A stretch of DNA of 64,000 nucleotides from assembly GCA_963770895.1 (NCBI GenBank), contig CAVYRF010000002.1, forward strand, positions 1,120,001-1,184,000. The letters are read 5' to 3'. This document shows positions 25,930 through 35,403 of this stretch, piece by piece. Made by a program: the position numbers and the translations under genes. The notes under the pieces are model-generated. The model saw nothing but the letters and a program-made list of their open reading frames with translations. It was not told the DNA's origin and did no database searches. The DNA comes from an uncultured Acidobacteriota bacterium (GTDB taxonomy: Bacteria > Acidobacteriota > Thermoanaerobaculia > Multivoradales > UBA5704). Numbering within the stretch: the first letter of the stretch is position 1; every line of letters begins with the position of its first letter.

Positions 25930-27518
25930 GCGGCCTGCGACAGGAAGAGGGCGGTCAGGGCGATGCCGACCAGAGCCCCCACCAGGGTGTTGAGAAAGTT
26001 GAGCGCTTCGTTGTCCAGCAGCCGGCGCTTTTCGAGCGCCGCGCCGACGACGCTTTCCAAGGTGGTGCCGACAAAGGCGGCGACCACGATCGGCACCACG
26101 GCGCCCCACGGATAGAGCCCCAGGGCCGCGCCCAGCACGCCGACCAACGCCGAAGCGGCGATGCCGGCCAGCGTCCCTTCGAGCGACACCGCGCCTTCGG
26201 TGCCGCGCGGCACCGGCCGCAGGGTGGTGATCAGGAAGGTGCGGCGCCCCAGGAGCTGTCCGATCTCACTCGACGAGGTGTCGGCGGCGGCGGTGGCGAA
26301 GGCGGCGGCGAACCCGACCGCGAACAGCACCGGGTGGACGGTCACCGCCGCGAACAGGGCGCAGGCGGCGGCCACTCCGGCGTTGGCCAGCGCATGCCGC
26401 GCGCCGCGCCGGCCGCCCTTTTCCTGCGCCAGGTTGGCGGCCGCCTTGCGCCGGTAGCCGATCTTGGTGCAGGCGCTGCCGATGACGAAGAACGCCACCA
26501 GCAGGAGGTACCCCCGCCAGTCCAGGAACAGGTAGATCGCCGTCCCCAGCAGGAACCCGCCGATCACCCCGGACAGGTCGACGGTGCGGGCCGCGAAGGC
26601 GGCCGCGGCCAGGGCGGCGTTGACCGCCACGCCCAGCGCCAGCCGCAGGAGCAGCAGCGACCGCGCCGCGGCCGCCGCCTGCACGGCAGCGGCGACGGCC
26701 GCGGCATCCAGGGGGGCGGGGGCGACCGCGCCGACCGCGGTCACCGCGGTCGCCGCGCCGGCAGGCGCCACCGGCGCCGCCGGCATCAGCCCCAGGAAGG
26801 CGTGCCAATGCCCATGGGTGAGCACGAAGCCGAGCAGAAAGAGACCGGCGATCAGCGGCACGCCCAGGTTGTCGTCGAGCCCCTGCGGCACCGATTCGAG
26901 CGCCGCGGCCAGCAGCGCCGCGCAGCCGCCCGCCACCAGCGCGAACGCCCAGCTGTAGTCGGCGGCCGGCGCCGTCCAGCGCAGCAGCGCGGCGGCGGCC
27001 AGGGTGCCGAAGAGCACGTAGGCGGCGCTGCCCGCCCAGCTCTTGGCGGGGTTCCAGGGGAGCTTCCGCCGGCCCAGGCTCATGCCGGCGACCGTTGCCA
27101 TGCCGTCGCCGAAGGCAAGGATGCCCCACGCCGCCGCCGCCACCTCCAGCCGCCGGTAGAACAGCAGGATGAGCAGCAGCACGGTGAGCGGATAGAGCAC
27201 GATGCCGGTCGCGCCGCCGGCCTGGTGCTCGGCGTCCCGCCACATGCGGCGGCCGCCGATGCGATGCAGCAGGAAGGCGTTGTTGAGCAGCGCCACCGCC
27301 GCCAGCGCCGCCGACCAGAACGGCCCCAGAAAGCGCAGGGCGAAGGCGATCAGCCCCATTCCCACGTGGGTCGCCTTGCGCAGGATCTCGGCGCCGGCCA
27401 GCCCAGGCGCCGCGCCGGCGACCGGGCTCGCGCCGCCGACACCGCCTGCTCCGCCACCATCCCCTGCGGCGCCACCGCTGTCACCACGAGCGGCGCCAGG
27501 CACCGTCATCGCCGCCAT
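25926..27518 (-). CDS. Phytol/dolichol-kinase-like domain fused to DUF92 (TMEM19/VTE6-like) membrane domain
   Basis: N-half: EILRKATH, FGDGMATVAG, KSWAGS, DDNLGVP (CTP-dependent polyprenol kinase motifs). C-half: RGARHALANAG, ADTSSSEIG, VPRGTEGAVSLEGT, ESVVGA, NEALNFLNT (DUF92). Confidence 0.85.
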   Translation of the reverse strand: MAAMTVPGAARGDSGGAAGDGGGAGGVGGASPVAGAAPGLAGAEILRKATHVGMGLIAFALRFLGPFWSAALAAVALLNNAFLLHRIGGRRMWRDAEHQAGGATGIVLYPLTVLLLILLFYRRLEVAAAAWGILAFGDGMATVAGMSLGRRKLPWNPAKSWAGSAAYVLFGTLAAAALLRWTAPAADYSWAFALVAGGCAALLAAALESVPQGLDDNLGVPLIAGLFLLGFVLTHGHWHAFLGLMPAAPVAPAGAATAVTAVGAVAPAPLDAAAVAAAVQAAAAARSLLLLRLALGVAVNAALAAAAFAARTVDLSGVIGGFLLGTAIYLFLDWRGYLLLVAFFVIGSACTKIGYRRKAAANLAQEKGGRRGARHALANAGVAAACALFAAVTVHPVLFAVGFAAAFATAAADTSSSEIGQLLGRRTFLITTLRPVPRGTEGAVSLEGTLAGIAASALVGVLGAALGLYPWGAVVPIVVAAFVGTTLESVVGAALEKRRLLDNEALNFLNTLVGALVGIALTALFLSQAA

Positions 27519-28588
27519 TGACCGGTCTCCTGGAGCCACTCCAAAGTGGTGGTGAGCCCTTCGCGCAGCGGCCGGAAGGTGTAGCCGATGTCTGCCGCCG
27601 CCCGCGCCGAGCTGTAGGCCCAGTCGTGCTGGTACACCGCAACCAGGTCGGGCGTCAGCGCCGGGGTGGTGCCGCGCAGCCGCGCCCAGCCCTTCTGCAC
27701 CGCGCCGGCCGCCTTGGCCACGCCGTCCGGCAGCCGGCGGCGCGGCACCGGCACGCCCGACAGCTCCTCGATCGCGCCGTAGAAGTCGCCCAGCCGCACG
27801 TTGTCGCCGCCCAGGACGTAGCGGGCGCCGGGCGGGGCGGCGTCCAGCACGCGGGCGATGCCGCGCGCCACGTCGTCCACGAACACGTAGCTCCAGCGCC
27901 GCTCGGGGCTGCCGAGCAGCGCCGGCAGGCGGCGGTGCAGCAGGTCCAGGATGTGGCGCACCACGATGTTGCCCTCGGTCATCTCCCCCGGACCGTAGAT
28001 CACCGCCGGATAGACGACGTTGAGCGGCGCCCCCGCGGCGATGGCGCGCCGCGCCGCCCGGTCGGCCAGCGCCTTGGTACGCTCGTACTGGTTGATCCAC
28101 GGCAGCGCTCCGGCGGCGTCGCCGTCGCGCGCGGCCGACTCGTCGCCGTCGCCGTCGGCGGGGGCGGGGGCGGGGGCGTTGGCGGGGGCGGGCGCGCCGC
28201 CGACACCGCGCCGCGCGCCGTCGGTGGGGCCGAGCGCCATGAAGCTGGACACATAGACGACCCGCTCCACCCCCTGGGCCGCCTGGGCGGCCGCCAGGAC
28301 GGTATCCAGACCGCCGACGTTGATGCGCTCGAATTCGGCGGCGGGCGCCAGGATCTTGACCAGCGCCGCCGCATGGATCACCGCGCCGCACCCGTCCATC
28401 GCCCGCCGCACCGCGCCGGCGTCGGTCACGTCGCCGTCCACCACCTGGACGCCGGCGGGAAAGGCGGCCGCCGCCGCCGGGCGCGCCGCGGCGCCGCGCA
28501 CCAGCACCCGCAGCTCGTGCCGCGACGCCAGCTCGGTCGCCAGCCGCCGGCCCAGAAAGCCGGTGGCGCCGGTCAGCAGCACCTTCAC
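27506..28588 (-). CDS. Extended SDR, farnesol dehydrogenase/HpnA-like
   Basis: TGATGFLG, GDVTD, HAAALV, NVGGL, SSFMALGPTDG, YERTK (YxxxK), YPAVIYGPG, VDDV. Confidence 0.8.
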   Translation of the reverse strand: MKVLLTGATGFLGRRLATELASRHELRVLVRGAAARPAAAAAFPAGVQVVDGDVTDAGAVRRAMDGCGAVIHAAALVKILAPAAEFERINVGGLDTVLAAAQAAQGVERVVYVSSFMALGPTDGARRGVGGAPAPANAPAPAPADGDGDESAARDGDAAGALPWINQYERTKALADRAARRAIAAGAPLNVVYPAVIYGPGEMTEGNIVVRHILDLLHRRLPALLGSPERRWSYVFVDDVARGIARVLDAAPPGARYVLGGDNVRLGDFYGAIEELSGVPVPRRRLPDGVAKAAGAVQKGWARLRGTTPALTPDLVAVYQHDWAYSSARAAADIGYTFRPLREGLTTTLEWLQETGQWRR

Positions 28589-29487
28589 GCCGCCGCTCCG
28601 CGCGCTTCCGTCCACAGATCGGTCAAGGCGTCATCCAGGCCGCGCCGCGGCTCCCAGCCGAGCGCCCGCAGCCGCCGCGCATCGCCCTGCAGCAGCGGCA
28701 GGTCCACGGCGCGCATGCGCGCCGGGTCGACTTCGACGCGCGCCCGCACTCCCGAGATCGCCATCAGGCGGTCCAGCGCTTCGCTGATCGCATGCGCCTT
28801 GCCGCTGGCGACGTTGTAGATCTGGCCCGGCCGCCCGCTTTCGGCCAGCAGCCGGTACGCCCCGACGCCGTCGTCCACGTGCACGAAGTCCCGCCGCGCC
28901 GTCAGGTTGCCGACCCGTAGCACCGGCTCGATCTGGCCGCGCTCGATCGCCGCCAGCTGCACCGCGAACGCCGGCAGCGCAAAGCGCGCCGACTGCCCCG
29001 CCCCCACCAGGTTGAACGACCGGGCGACCACCGCTCCCTGGGCCAGCGCCAGCCGCTCCGCCGCCGCCTTGGTCAGCGCGTACGGCGAGGTGGGATCGAG
29101 CGGGCGATCCTCGTCGATCGGCTGCTCGGCTGCGGGCACCGCGCCGTAGACCTCGGCCGAGGACGCCACGACGACGCGGCGGCCGCCGGCGGCGCGCAAC
29201 AGGCTTTCGGTCCCCAGGACGTTGACGCGAAAGTAGTCCGCCATGCGCGTCCACGACTCGCCGACGTGAGACAGCCCGGCCAGGTGCACGATGGCCTGAG
29301 GCGCCGCGGCGCCGATCGCCCGCTCCATCGCCGGCGCGTCGAGCAGGTCCGCCTCGTAGAGGGTCACGCCCGCAAGGCGCGGCGCGGGGCCGATGTAGGT
29401 GCCGCTCACGCGATCGCCAAGCGCCAGCAGGCAGCGGGCAAGCCGCAGCCCGGTGAAGCCGCCGACGCCGGTGACGAAAACGTGCAT
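28585..29487 (-). CDS. GDP-sugar reductase/dehydratase (Rmd/Gmd-like)
   Basis: TGVGGFTG, HLAGLSHVGESW, SSAEVYG, SPYALTK, VGNLTARRDFVHV. Confidence 0.8.
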   Translation of the reverse strand: MHVFVTGVGGFTGLRLARCLLALGDRVSGTYIGPAPRLAGVTLYEADLLDAPAMERAIGAAAPQAIVHLAGLSHVGESWTRMADYFRVNVLGTESLLRAAGGRRVVVASSAEVYGAVPAAEQPIDEDRPLDPTSPYALTKAAAERLALAQGAVVARSFNLVGAGQSARFALPAFAVQLAAIERGQIEPVLRVGNLTARRDFVHVDDGVGAYRLLAESGRPGQIYNVASGKAHAISEALDRLMAISGVRARVEVDPARMRAVDLPLLQGDARRLRALGWEPRRGLDDALTDLWTEARGAAA

Positions 29488-29529
29488 GGCCGGGAGCCGC
29501 CAGGAGTCAGACCCGACGGCCTGGCGATC

Positions 29530-30558
29530 CTACCCCGCCCCCTCGCGAGGCCGCCCCGCCGCCGTCGCGGCGACCGGCGAGGCCGCCGCGTCCTGGCGCG
29601 CCGCCAGCCTGGCGCGCCAGTAGGCCAGCAGGTCGCCCAGCGTCTGGGAGAAGGGGATGCGCGGCTCCCAGCCGGTATCGGCGCGGAACTTCGAGCTGTC
29701 GCCGATGAGAATCTCCACGTCCGAGGGCCGCAGCCGCTCCGGATCGACCTCGACCTTCACCTTGACGCGCGACAGCGCCAGCAGTTGGTCGAGCATTTCG
29801 CGGATGTGGATGCCGTGGCCGGTGGCGATGTTGTAGACCTCGCCCGGCCGCGCCCGCGTCACCGCCAGCCAGTAGGCGCGCACCATGTCGCGCACGTCGG
29901 TGAAGTCGCGGATCGCTTCGAGGTTGCCGACCCGGATCACCGGCTCCTGCAACCCCAGCTCGATCGCCGCCACCTGGCTGCAGAAGTTGGAGGTGACGAA
30001 CACCTGGCCGCGCCGCGGTCCGGTGTGATTGAAGCCGCGGGTGCGGATGGCCTTGAGGCCGTAGCTCTGGAAGTACTGGTAGCCGAGGAAGTCCTGCGCC
30101 ACCTTGGAGACCGCGTACGAGCTGAGCGGCCGCAGCGGGTTGGATTCCTTGATCGGCGTTTCGTCCGGCAGCACCAGGCCGTACTGCTCGCTGGAGCAGG
30201 CGATCTGCACCACCGGGTCCAGACGCAGGGCGCGGATCGCTTCGAAGATGTTGGTCTGGCTGCTGATGTTGGTGGTCAGCGTTTCATTGGGGGCCGTCCA
30301 GCTGGCCGGCACGAAGCTCTGCGCCGCCAGGTGAAACACGTAGTCGGGGCGCGCCCGCTCCAGGGTGTTGAGCACCGAGGTGAAGTCGCGCAGGTCGCAT
30401 TCGACCAGGCGGATCCTGGCGCCCAGGTGCTCGATGTTCTCCATGCGGCTGCGCCAGCGATAGGTGCCGTACACCTCGACGTCCGGGTGCTCGGCCAACA
30501 GATATTCCGCCAGATGCGAACCGGCAAAGCCGGTGATCCCGGTGATCAAAGCCCTCAT
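29530..30558 (-). CDS. GDP-mannose 4,6-dehydratase / Rmd-like SDR
   Basis: MRALITGITGFAGSHLA, HLAAQSFVPASW, YAVSK, FNHTGPRRG, VGNLEAIRDFTDVRD, RLRPSDV. Confidence 0.85.
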   Translation of the reverse strand: MRALITGITGFAGSHLAEYLLAEHPDVEVYGTYRWRSRMENIEHLGARIRLVECDLRDFTSVLNTLERARPDYVFHLAAQSFVPASWTAPNETLTTNISSQTNIFEAIRALRLDPVVQIACSSEQYGLVLPDETPIKESNPLRPLSSYAVSKVAQDFLGYQYFQSYGLKAIRTRGFNHTGPRRGQVFVTSNFCSQVAAIELGLQEPVIRVGNLEAIRDFTDVRDMVRAYWLAVTRARPGEVYNIATGHGIHIREMLDQLLALSRVKVKVEVDPERLRPSDVEILIGDSSKFRADTGWEPRIPFSQTLGDLLAYWRARLAARQDAAASPVAATAAGRPREGAG

Positions 30559-31433
30559 CGAATCCTCCCTTCCATCGGCCGCCGCAGGGACGACAGATAC
30601 TCGGCCAGGCCCCACCGCCAGCTCTCCACCGGCCTGCCCAGCAACGCTTCGCAACGCACCACCGACAGCACCGAGTAGGCGGGCCGCGGCGCCGGCCGCG
30701 GGAACTCCGCGGTGGTCACCGGCACGACCTCCACCGGACCCTGCGGCGCCGGCCACCAGCGAGCGATCTCCGTGGCGAAAGAGTACCAGGAGACAGGCTC
30801 CTGGTTGCGATACTGCACAATTCCTACCTCCGGCAGCGGCGCCAGGTCGAGCAGCGCGCCGGCCAGAAACGGCGTATAGGTAGGCGCGCCCACCTGGTCG
30901 GCCACCACCTTGAGCGGCCGCGTGCCGCGGTCGATCTGGTTGGTGATGGCGGCGACGAAGTTGGGGCCGCCGGGCCCGAACAGCCAGCTGGTGCGCACCA
31001 CCAGGGTATTGCGCCAGGCCAGCGCCCGCTCCTCCCCCAGGCGCTTGCTTGCGCCGTAGGCCGTGCGCGGTCCGAGCGCGTCATCCTCGCGGTAGGGCTC
31101 CTGGCGCGCCTCGCCGGCGAACACGTAGTCGGTCGAAACCTGCAGCAGGCGCGCGCCGCCCAGCTCGGCCGCCCTGGCCACGTTGCCCACCGCTTCGCCG
31201 TTGATCGCCATGGCGCGCTGGCGTTGCGCCTCGCAGTCGTCGACCTTGGTGAAGGCGGCACAGTTTACAACCAGCTCGGGGCGGAACGAAGCCACCCAGT
31301 GGGCCAGCCTCGCCGCGTCCTCGATGTCGGCCTGCTGGCGCGGCAGCGCCAGGGCCGGCCAGCCGCGCCGCCGCGCCGCCGCCAGCACGGCGCGGCCCAA
31401 CATGCCGGTGCCGCCCAGGATCAGGGTGCGCAT
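30555..31433 (-). CDS. rfbD: dTDP-4-dehydrorhamnose reductase
   Basis: GGTGMLG, NCAAFTKVD, STDYVF, YGASK, RTSWLFG, DQVGAPT, RPAYSVL. Confidence 0.92.
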   Translation of the reverse strand: MRTLILGGTGMLGRAVLAAARRRGWPALALPRQQADIEDAARLAHWVASFRPELVVNCAAFTKVDDCEAQRQRAMAINGEAVGNVARAAELGGARLLQVSTDYVFAGEARQEPYREDDALGPRTAYGASKRLGEERALAWRNTLVVRTSWLFGPGGPNFVAAITNQIDRGTRPLKVVADQVGAPTYTPFLAGALLDLAPLPEVGIVQYRNQEPVSWYSFATEIARWWPAPQGPVEVVPVTTAEFPRPAPRPAYSVLSVVRCEALLGRPVESWRWGLAEYLSSLRRPMEGRIR

Positions 31434-31461
31434 GGGGTATCCCTCAGCCGGCGCCCCGCCA

Positions 31462-32529
31462 TCAGCTGATCCCGACCTCGGAGTTGTCGCCGAGCATGAA
31501 GCGATAGGCCTTGGGCTTCTGGTCGGTCTTGACGATGCGCACGTTGCGGCCGATGAGCGAGCCGTCGATGCGCAGCGGGATGTCGCGGATCGTGCTGTCG
31601 GCCAGCACGATGGAGTTTTCGATCTCGCAGCACGACAGCGTGCAGCGCTCGCCCAGCGAGGTGTAGGGGCCGACGAAGGCGCTGGTCAGCCGGCTGCCGT
31701 CGCCGATCACCACCGGGCCGCGCACCAGCGAATCGACGATCTCGACGTTGGCGCCCAGGACGACGCGCCCTTCGATGGTGCTGCCGGCGCCGATCGGCGA
31801 GCCGCTCTGCGCCTGCATGCCTTCGAGCACGATGCGGTTGGCTTCCAGCATGTCTTCGAGCTTGCCTGTGTCCTTCCACCAACCCTGCACCAGGTGCGGG
31901 TGGACTTCCAGGCCGCGGTCGATCAGGTCCTGAATGGCGTCGGTGATCTCCAGCTCGCCGCGCGCCGAGGGCTTGATGCGGCGCACCGACTCGAAGATCG
32001 TCGAATCGAACATGTAGACGCCGACCAGGGCCAGGTTGCTCTGCGGTTCGGCCGGCTTTTCGACCAGCCGCCGCACGCGGCCGTCGGAGGTCAGCTCGGC
32101 GACGCCGAACTGGCGCGGATTGGACACCTCGGCCAGCAGGATCTCGGAGTTGCAACCCAGCCGGCGGAACTCTTCGACCAGGCTGGTGATGCCGCCGGCG
32201 ATCAGGTTGTCGCCCAGGTACATGACGAAGGGCGTCCCGGCCAGGAACTCTTCGGCGATCAGCACGGCGTGCGCCAGGCCGCGCGGCGCGTCCTGCTCGA
32301 TGTAGGCGATGGTGGCGCCGAAGCGGCTGCCGTCGCCGACCGCGGCCCGGATCTCGCTGCCGGTGTCGCCGACGATGATGCCGATGTCGCGGATGCCGGC
32401 GGCGACGATCGATTCGATGGCGTAAAACAGCACCGGCTTGTTGGCCACCGGCACCAGCTGCTTGGCCGACGTGTAGGTGAGCGGGCGCAACCGCGTGCCC
32501 TTGCCCCCCGAGAGGATCAGACCTTTCAT
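31462..32529 (-). CDS. Glucose-1-phosphate thymidylyltransferase (long form)
   Basis: MKGLILSGGKGTRLRPLT..KQLVPVANKP, YLGDN, EKP, RGELEITDAI, WKDTG; C-terminal beta-helix. Confidence 0.92.
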   Translation of the reverse strand: MKGLILSGGKGTRLRPLTYTSAKQLVPVANKPVLFYAIESIVAAGIRDIGIIVGDTGSEIRAAVGDGSRFGATIAYIEQDAPRGLAHAVLIAEEFLAGTPFVMYLGDNLIAGGITSLVEEFRRLGCNSEILLAEVSNPRQFGVAELTSDGRVRRLVEKPAEPQSNLALVGVYMFDSTIFESVRRIKPSARGELEITDAIQDLIDRGLEVHPHLVQGWWKDTGKLEDMLEANRIVLEGMQAQSGSPIGAGSTIEGRVVLGANVEIVDSLVRGPVVIGDGSRLTSAFVGPYTSLGERCTLSCCEIENSIVLADSTIRDIPLRIDGSLIGRNVRIVKTDQKPKAYRFMLGDNSEVGIS

Positions 32530-32620
32530 GAATGGAATCTCCCGCCGCTCTTCCCTCGGCAAGACGAGCGCCTTGCCCCGGCGCGGCGGCAAAGGCGGCT
32601 GGCCGGCCGCGCGTTGGACG

Positions 32621-35395
32621 TCAAGGCGCAGTCTGGGTGCTGCGGCTGTTGAGATCGAGGATCGGCCCGATGTTCTTCAAGGTGATCGAGAACCGGATGT
32701 CGGTGTCGCTCAGCCGCGGCCCGGTCAGCGCTTCGAACTTGCGGAACTCCAGCCGCAGGCCGTAGCACTGCTCCGCCCAGTTGAGGGCGTAGTACTGCTG
32801 CCCGATGACGTGGTTGTAAAAGTCCCAGCCGACCTGCGCCTGGATCGAAAGCTTTTTGGGAATGACGTTGAGCGAGGTGTTGACGCGCACCTGGTCGCTG
32901 GTCGTGGCGCCGGTATCGGGCAGATAGTTGGTATACCAGGTGAGGCCCACGGTCTGATTGTCGGAGAGCGTCACGTCGCTCGACAGCGAGGTGGCGCTGA
33001 CGTCGTGGAACATGCCGCTGTACTGCACCTCCGCCTGGAGGCTGGTGGTCTGTGTCGGGTTGAAGTGCAGCAGGAAGTTGTAAGGCCCCGAGCTGGAGCT
33101 CTTGGTTTCGGTGTCGTTGAATTCAAGCGGCACCATGGGATTGAAGCTGAACGCACGCGACACTTCGAACAGCATGATTTCGCGCGCGCTGGCGTCTTCT
33201 TCGTCGCCCTTGGCGAGCAGGCGGTTGTCGAGCGCCACGTTGACGTTGTTGGTGGTCAGCGGCGCGTCGATGTCGTCGAACTGCGGCAGCAGCTCCTGAC
33301 GGTGGGGGTTGAAATCGCCGTAATAGGTGTAGGTGATGCGCGGCTCGATGACGTGCTTGAACTTGGTGAAGTCGGCGATCTCTTTTTCCAGGATCTTGGA
33401 GAACGACGGGCCGACCACCTCCGCCTCGCCGTAGGGCAGCAGGCGGCGCATGCCGTGGCCGTTGATCACCGTCTCCGCGGTGGTCGGCAGCGGCGTATCG
33501 GTCGACGTCGGCGACTGGTCGTCGATGGGGTTGACGGGCTCGGTCGAGATCGGCAGCAGGGTGCTGGGATTGAGCGTCTTGCTGTACCAGGTCAGCCGCT
33601 CGCCGCCGGTCATCGAGACGTTGAGCCAGGGGAATGCGTTCACCGGCAGGGTGACCTGCGGGAAGATGTCGGCGCGCCCGTAGCTGCCCGAGTACGCCCC
33701 CGGCTGGTTCATGTCCAGGAAATCCAGGAAGTTGTCCATCTGGACGTAGAACGGCGTGTCGCCGATCTTGGTCGAGCGCAGCTGGTACTCGACTTCGGGC
33801 AGCTTTTTCTGATCGCTGTCGCTCACGAAGTCGGTGCCGTTGTTGAACAGGATCTGCTGGTCGTTGAACAGGATGTTCAACATGCTGGGCCCCCACGAGC
33901 CGGTGATGAAGGCGCGGCTGGTGATGAAGCGCAGCGAGCTGACGTCGAAGTCGCGCTCGAAGTCGCGCAGGTAGTCGAAGTCCGAATACTTCTGGACCTG
34001 CACCACCAGGCGCATGCCGAAGGGAAGATCTTCGGTGTCGTGGTTGGCGTTGACCTTCCAGCGCAGCTTGCCCATGTCGGCCGGATCCTTGATCGCGAAG
34101 GCTTCGATGTCGCCCCAGGTGCCTTCGCTCGGCCGGTAGCGGAATTCGTTGCCCAGGCCCAGGTAGCCGCGGAAGTACGGCACGATGTGGAAGGTGTCGT
34201 CTTCGCTCTGGCCCAGCGTCTGGTAGTACCCCAGGATGAGGGCGGGGCCGCGCTTGCCCGACGATTCGATCGACGGCACCATGAACCCCGAGGCGCGGTC
34301 GCGCATCGCCGGATAGAGCAGCCACGGCGTGTACAGCAGCGGCACGTTCTTCGCCTTGAAAGTGACCTTGTGCATGTGGGCGTAGCCGCCGACGTCGATT
34401 TCGGCGCGCCCCATGTGGAAGCTCCAGTCGGGGGTCGGCTGGTCGCAGGCGGTGAACACGCCGTCCAGGACGGAGTAGGTGTCGTCGCCGGTCTTGTCGA
34501 TCTCCACGCCGCTGAAGTAGTAGTCGGGCGTCACGTAGGCGGTCGCCTCAAGCATCTGACCGGTCTTGGTGTCCAGGTCGAAGTTGAGGGTGGTGCCGGT
34601 CATGCGGCGCGGCCCCTGGTCCAGGATGACGTTGCCCTGGGCAACCGTCTCCTTGGTCTTGAGGTTGATCTCCACGTGGTCGGCGGAAAGGTCGATGTCC
34701 TGGTAGTGGATCTTCACCGCGCCGGTCAGCACCGCGTAGTCGTCGCGCTTGTAGTCGAAGGTCACGGCGCTGCCGGCGGCGACGCCGCCGTCCTCGAAGC
34801 GGACGTTGAAGTCCATGCGGTTGGGGCCCGCACCGGGCGGCGGCCCGTTCTTGTTGCGACGGCCGCCGGGCGCCACCGGAGCGCCGGTGGCCGGGTTGGT
34901 CTTGTCGCCAAAGCCGGGCGACGCGGTGGGCGTCGCCGACGGCACCGTTCCCACCGGCGACGGCCCCAGCGACCCCTGTGCCGGGGCGCCCACCGCGGTG
35001 CCCGGCGGCGACGCCGGATTGACCGCCGGCGCCGAAGCCGGAACGTTGCCGGTGTTGGGCGCCTGGGGCTGCGAGGTGGTCGACGGCAGCGCCTGCTGCA
35101 CCGTGGTCGACGGCGGGGTCTGGTCGGCGGTGGCCGGCGAGGCCTGGTCGGATGTGGTCGCCGGGGGCGCCGGGGGCGTCGGAGACGCCGCGTCCGGGTT
35201 GGTTGGAGTCGTCGCGGTGGCCGGCGGCGCGGCTTCCGGAGTACCGGGAGTCGCGGCGGCCGGCGGGGTCGCCTGGGCGGGTGCAGGCGTCGGGTCCGGG
35301 CTGGCGGCCTGCTGGCCCAGCACGGGCACGGCCAGCGACGCCGCCACACATACGGCAAGGGCCAGCCTGCATACGGTGCGGCGGAACGGGGACAT
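32621..35395 (-). CDS. lptD: LPS-assembly protein LptD-like outer membrane protein
   Basis: Signal peptide, long Pro/Thr/Ala linker, OstA-like domain (GAVKIHYQD..LSAD, AQGNV), FTACD..PDW, RASGFMVP, KHVIEPRITYTY, C-terminal QCYG..FSITLKNIG. Confidence 0.85.
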   Translation of the reverse strand: MSPFRRTVCRLALAVCVAASLAVPVLGQQAASPDPTPAPAQATPPAAATPGTPEAAPPATATTPTNPDAASPTPPAPPATTSDQASPATADQTPPSTTVQQALPSTTSQPQAPNTGNVPASAPAVNPASPPGTAVGAPAQGSLGPSPVGTVPSATPTASPGFGDKTNPATGAPVAPGGRRNKNGPPPGAGPNRMDFNVRFEDGGVAAGSAVTFDYKRDDYAVLTGAVKIHYQDIDLSADHVEINLKTKETVAQGNVILDQGPRRMTGTTLNFDLDTKTGQMLEATAYVTPDYYFSGVEIDKTGDDTYSVLDGVFTACDQPTPDWSFHMGRAEIDVGGYAHMHKVTFKAKNVPLLYTPWLLYPAMRDRASGFMVPSIESSGKRGPALILGYYQTLGQSEDDTFHIVPYFRGYLGLGNEFRYRPSEGTWGDIEAFAIKDPADMGKLRWKVNANHDTEDLPFGMRLVVQVQKYSDFDYLRDFERDFDVSSLRFITSRAFITGSWGPSMLNILFNDQQILFNNGTDFVSDSDQKKLPEVEYQLRSTKIGDTPFYVQMDNFLDFLDMNQPGAYSGSYGRADIFPQVTLPVNAFPWLNVSMTGGERLTWYSKTLNPSTLLPISTEPVNPIDDQSPTSTDTPLPTTAETVINGHGMRRLLPYGEAEVVGPSFSKILEKEIADFTKFKHVIEPRITYTYYGDFNPHRQELLPQFDDIDAPLTTNNVNVALDNRLLAKGDEEDASAREIMLFEVSRAFSFNPMVPLEFNDTETKSSSSGPYNFLLHFNPTQTTSLQAEVQYSGMFHDVSATSLSSDVTLSDNQTVGLTWYTNYLPDTGATTSDQVRVNTSLNVIPKKLSIQAQVGWDFYNHVIGQQYYALNWAEQCYGLRLEFRKFEALTGPRLSDTDIRFSITLKNIGPILDLNSRSTQTAP

Positions 35396-35403
35396 GAGGG
35401 GAC

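Noticed and set aside
34810-35330. Pro/Thr/Ala-rich stretch as a separate repeat element
   Set aside because: It is the in-frame disordered linker between the LptD signal peptide and the OstA-like domain, with no discrete repeat unit.
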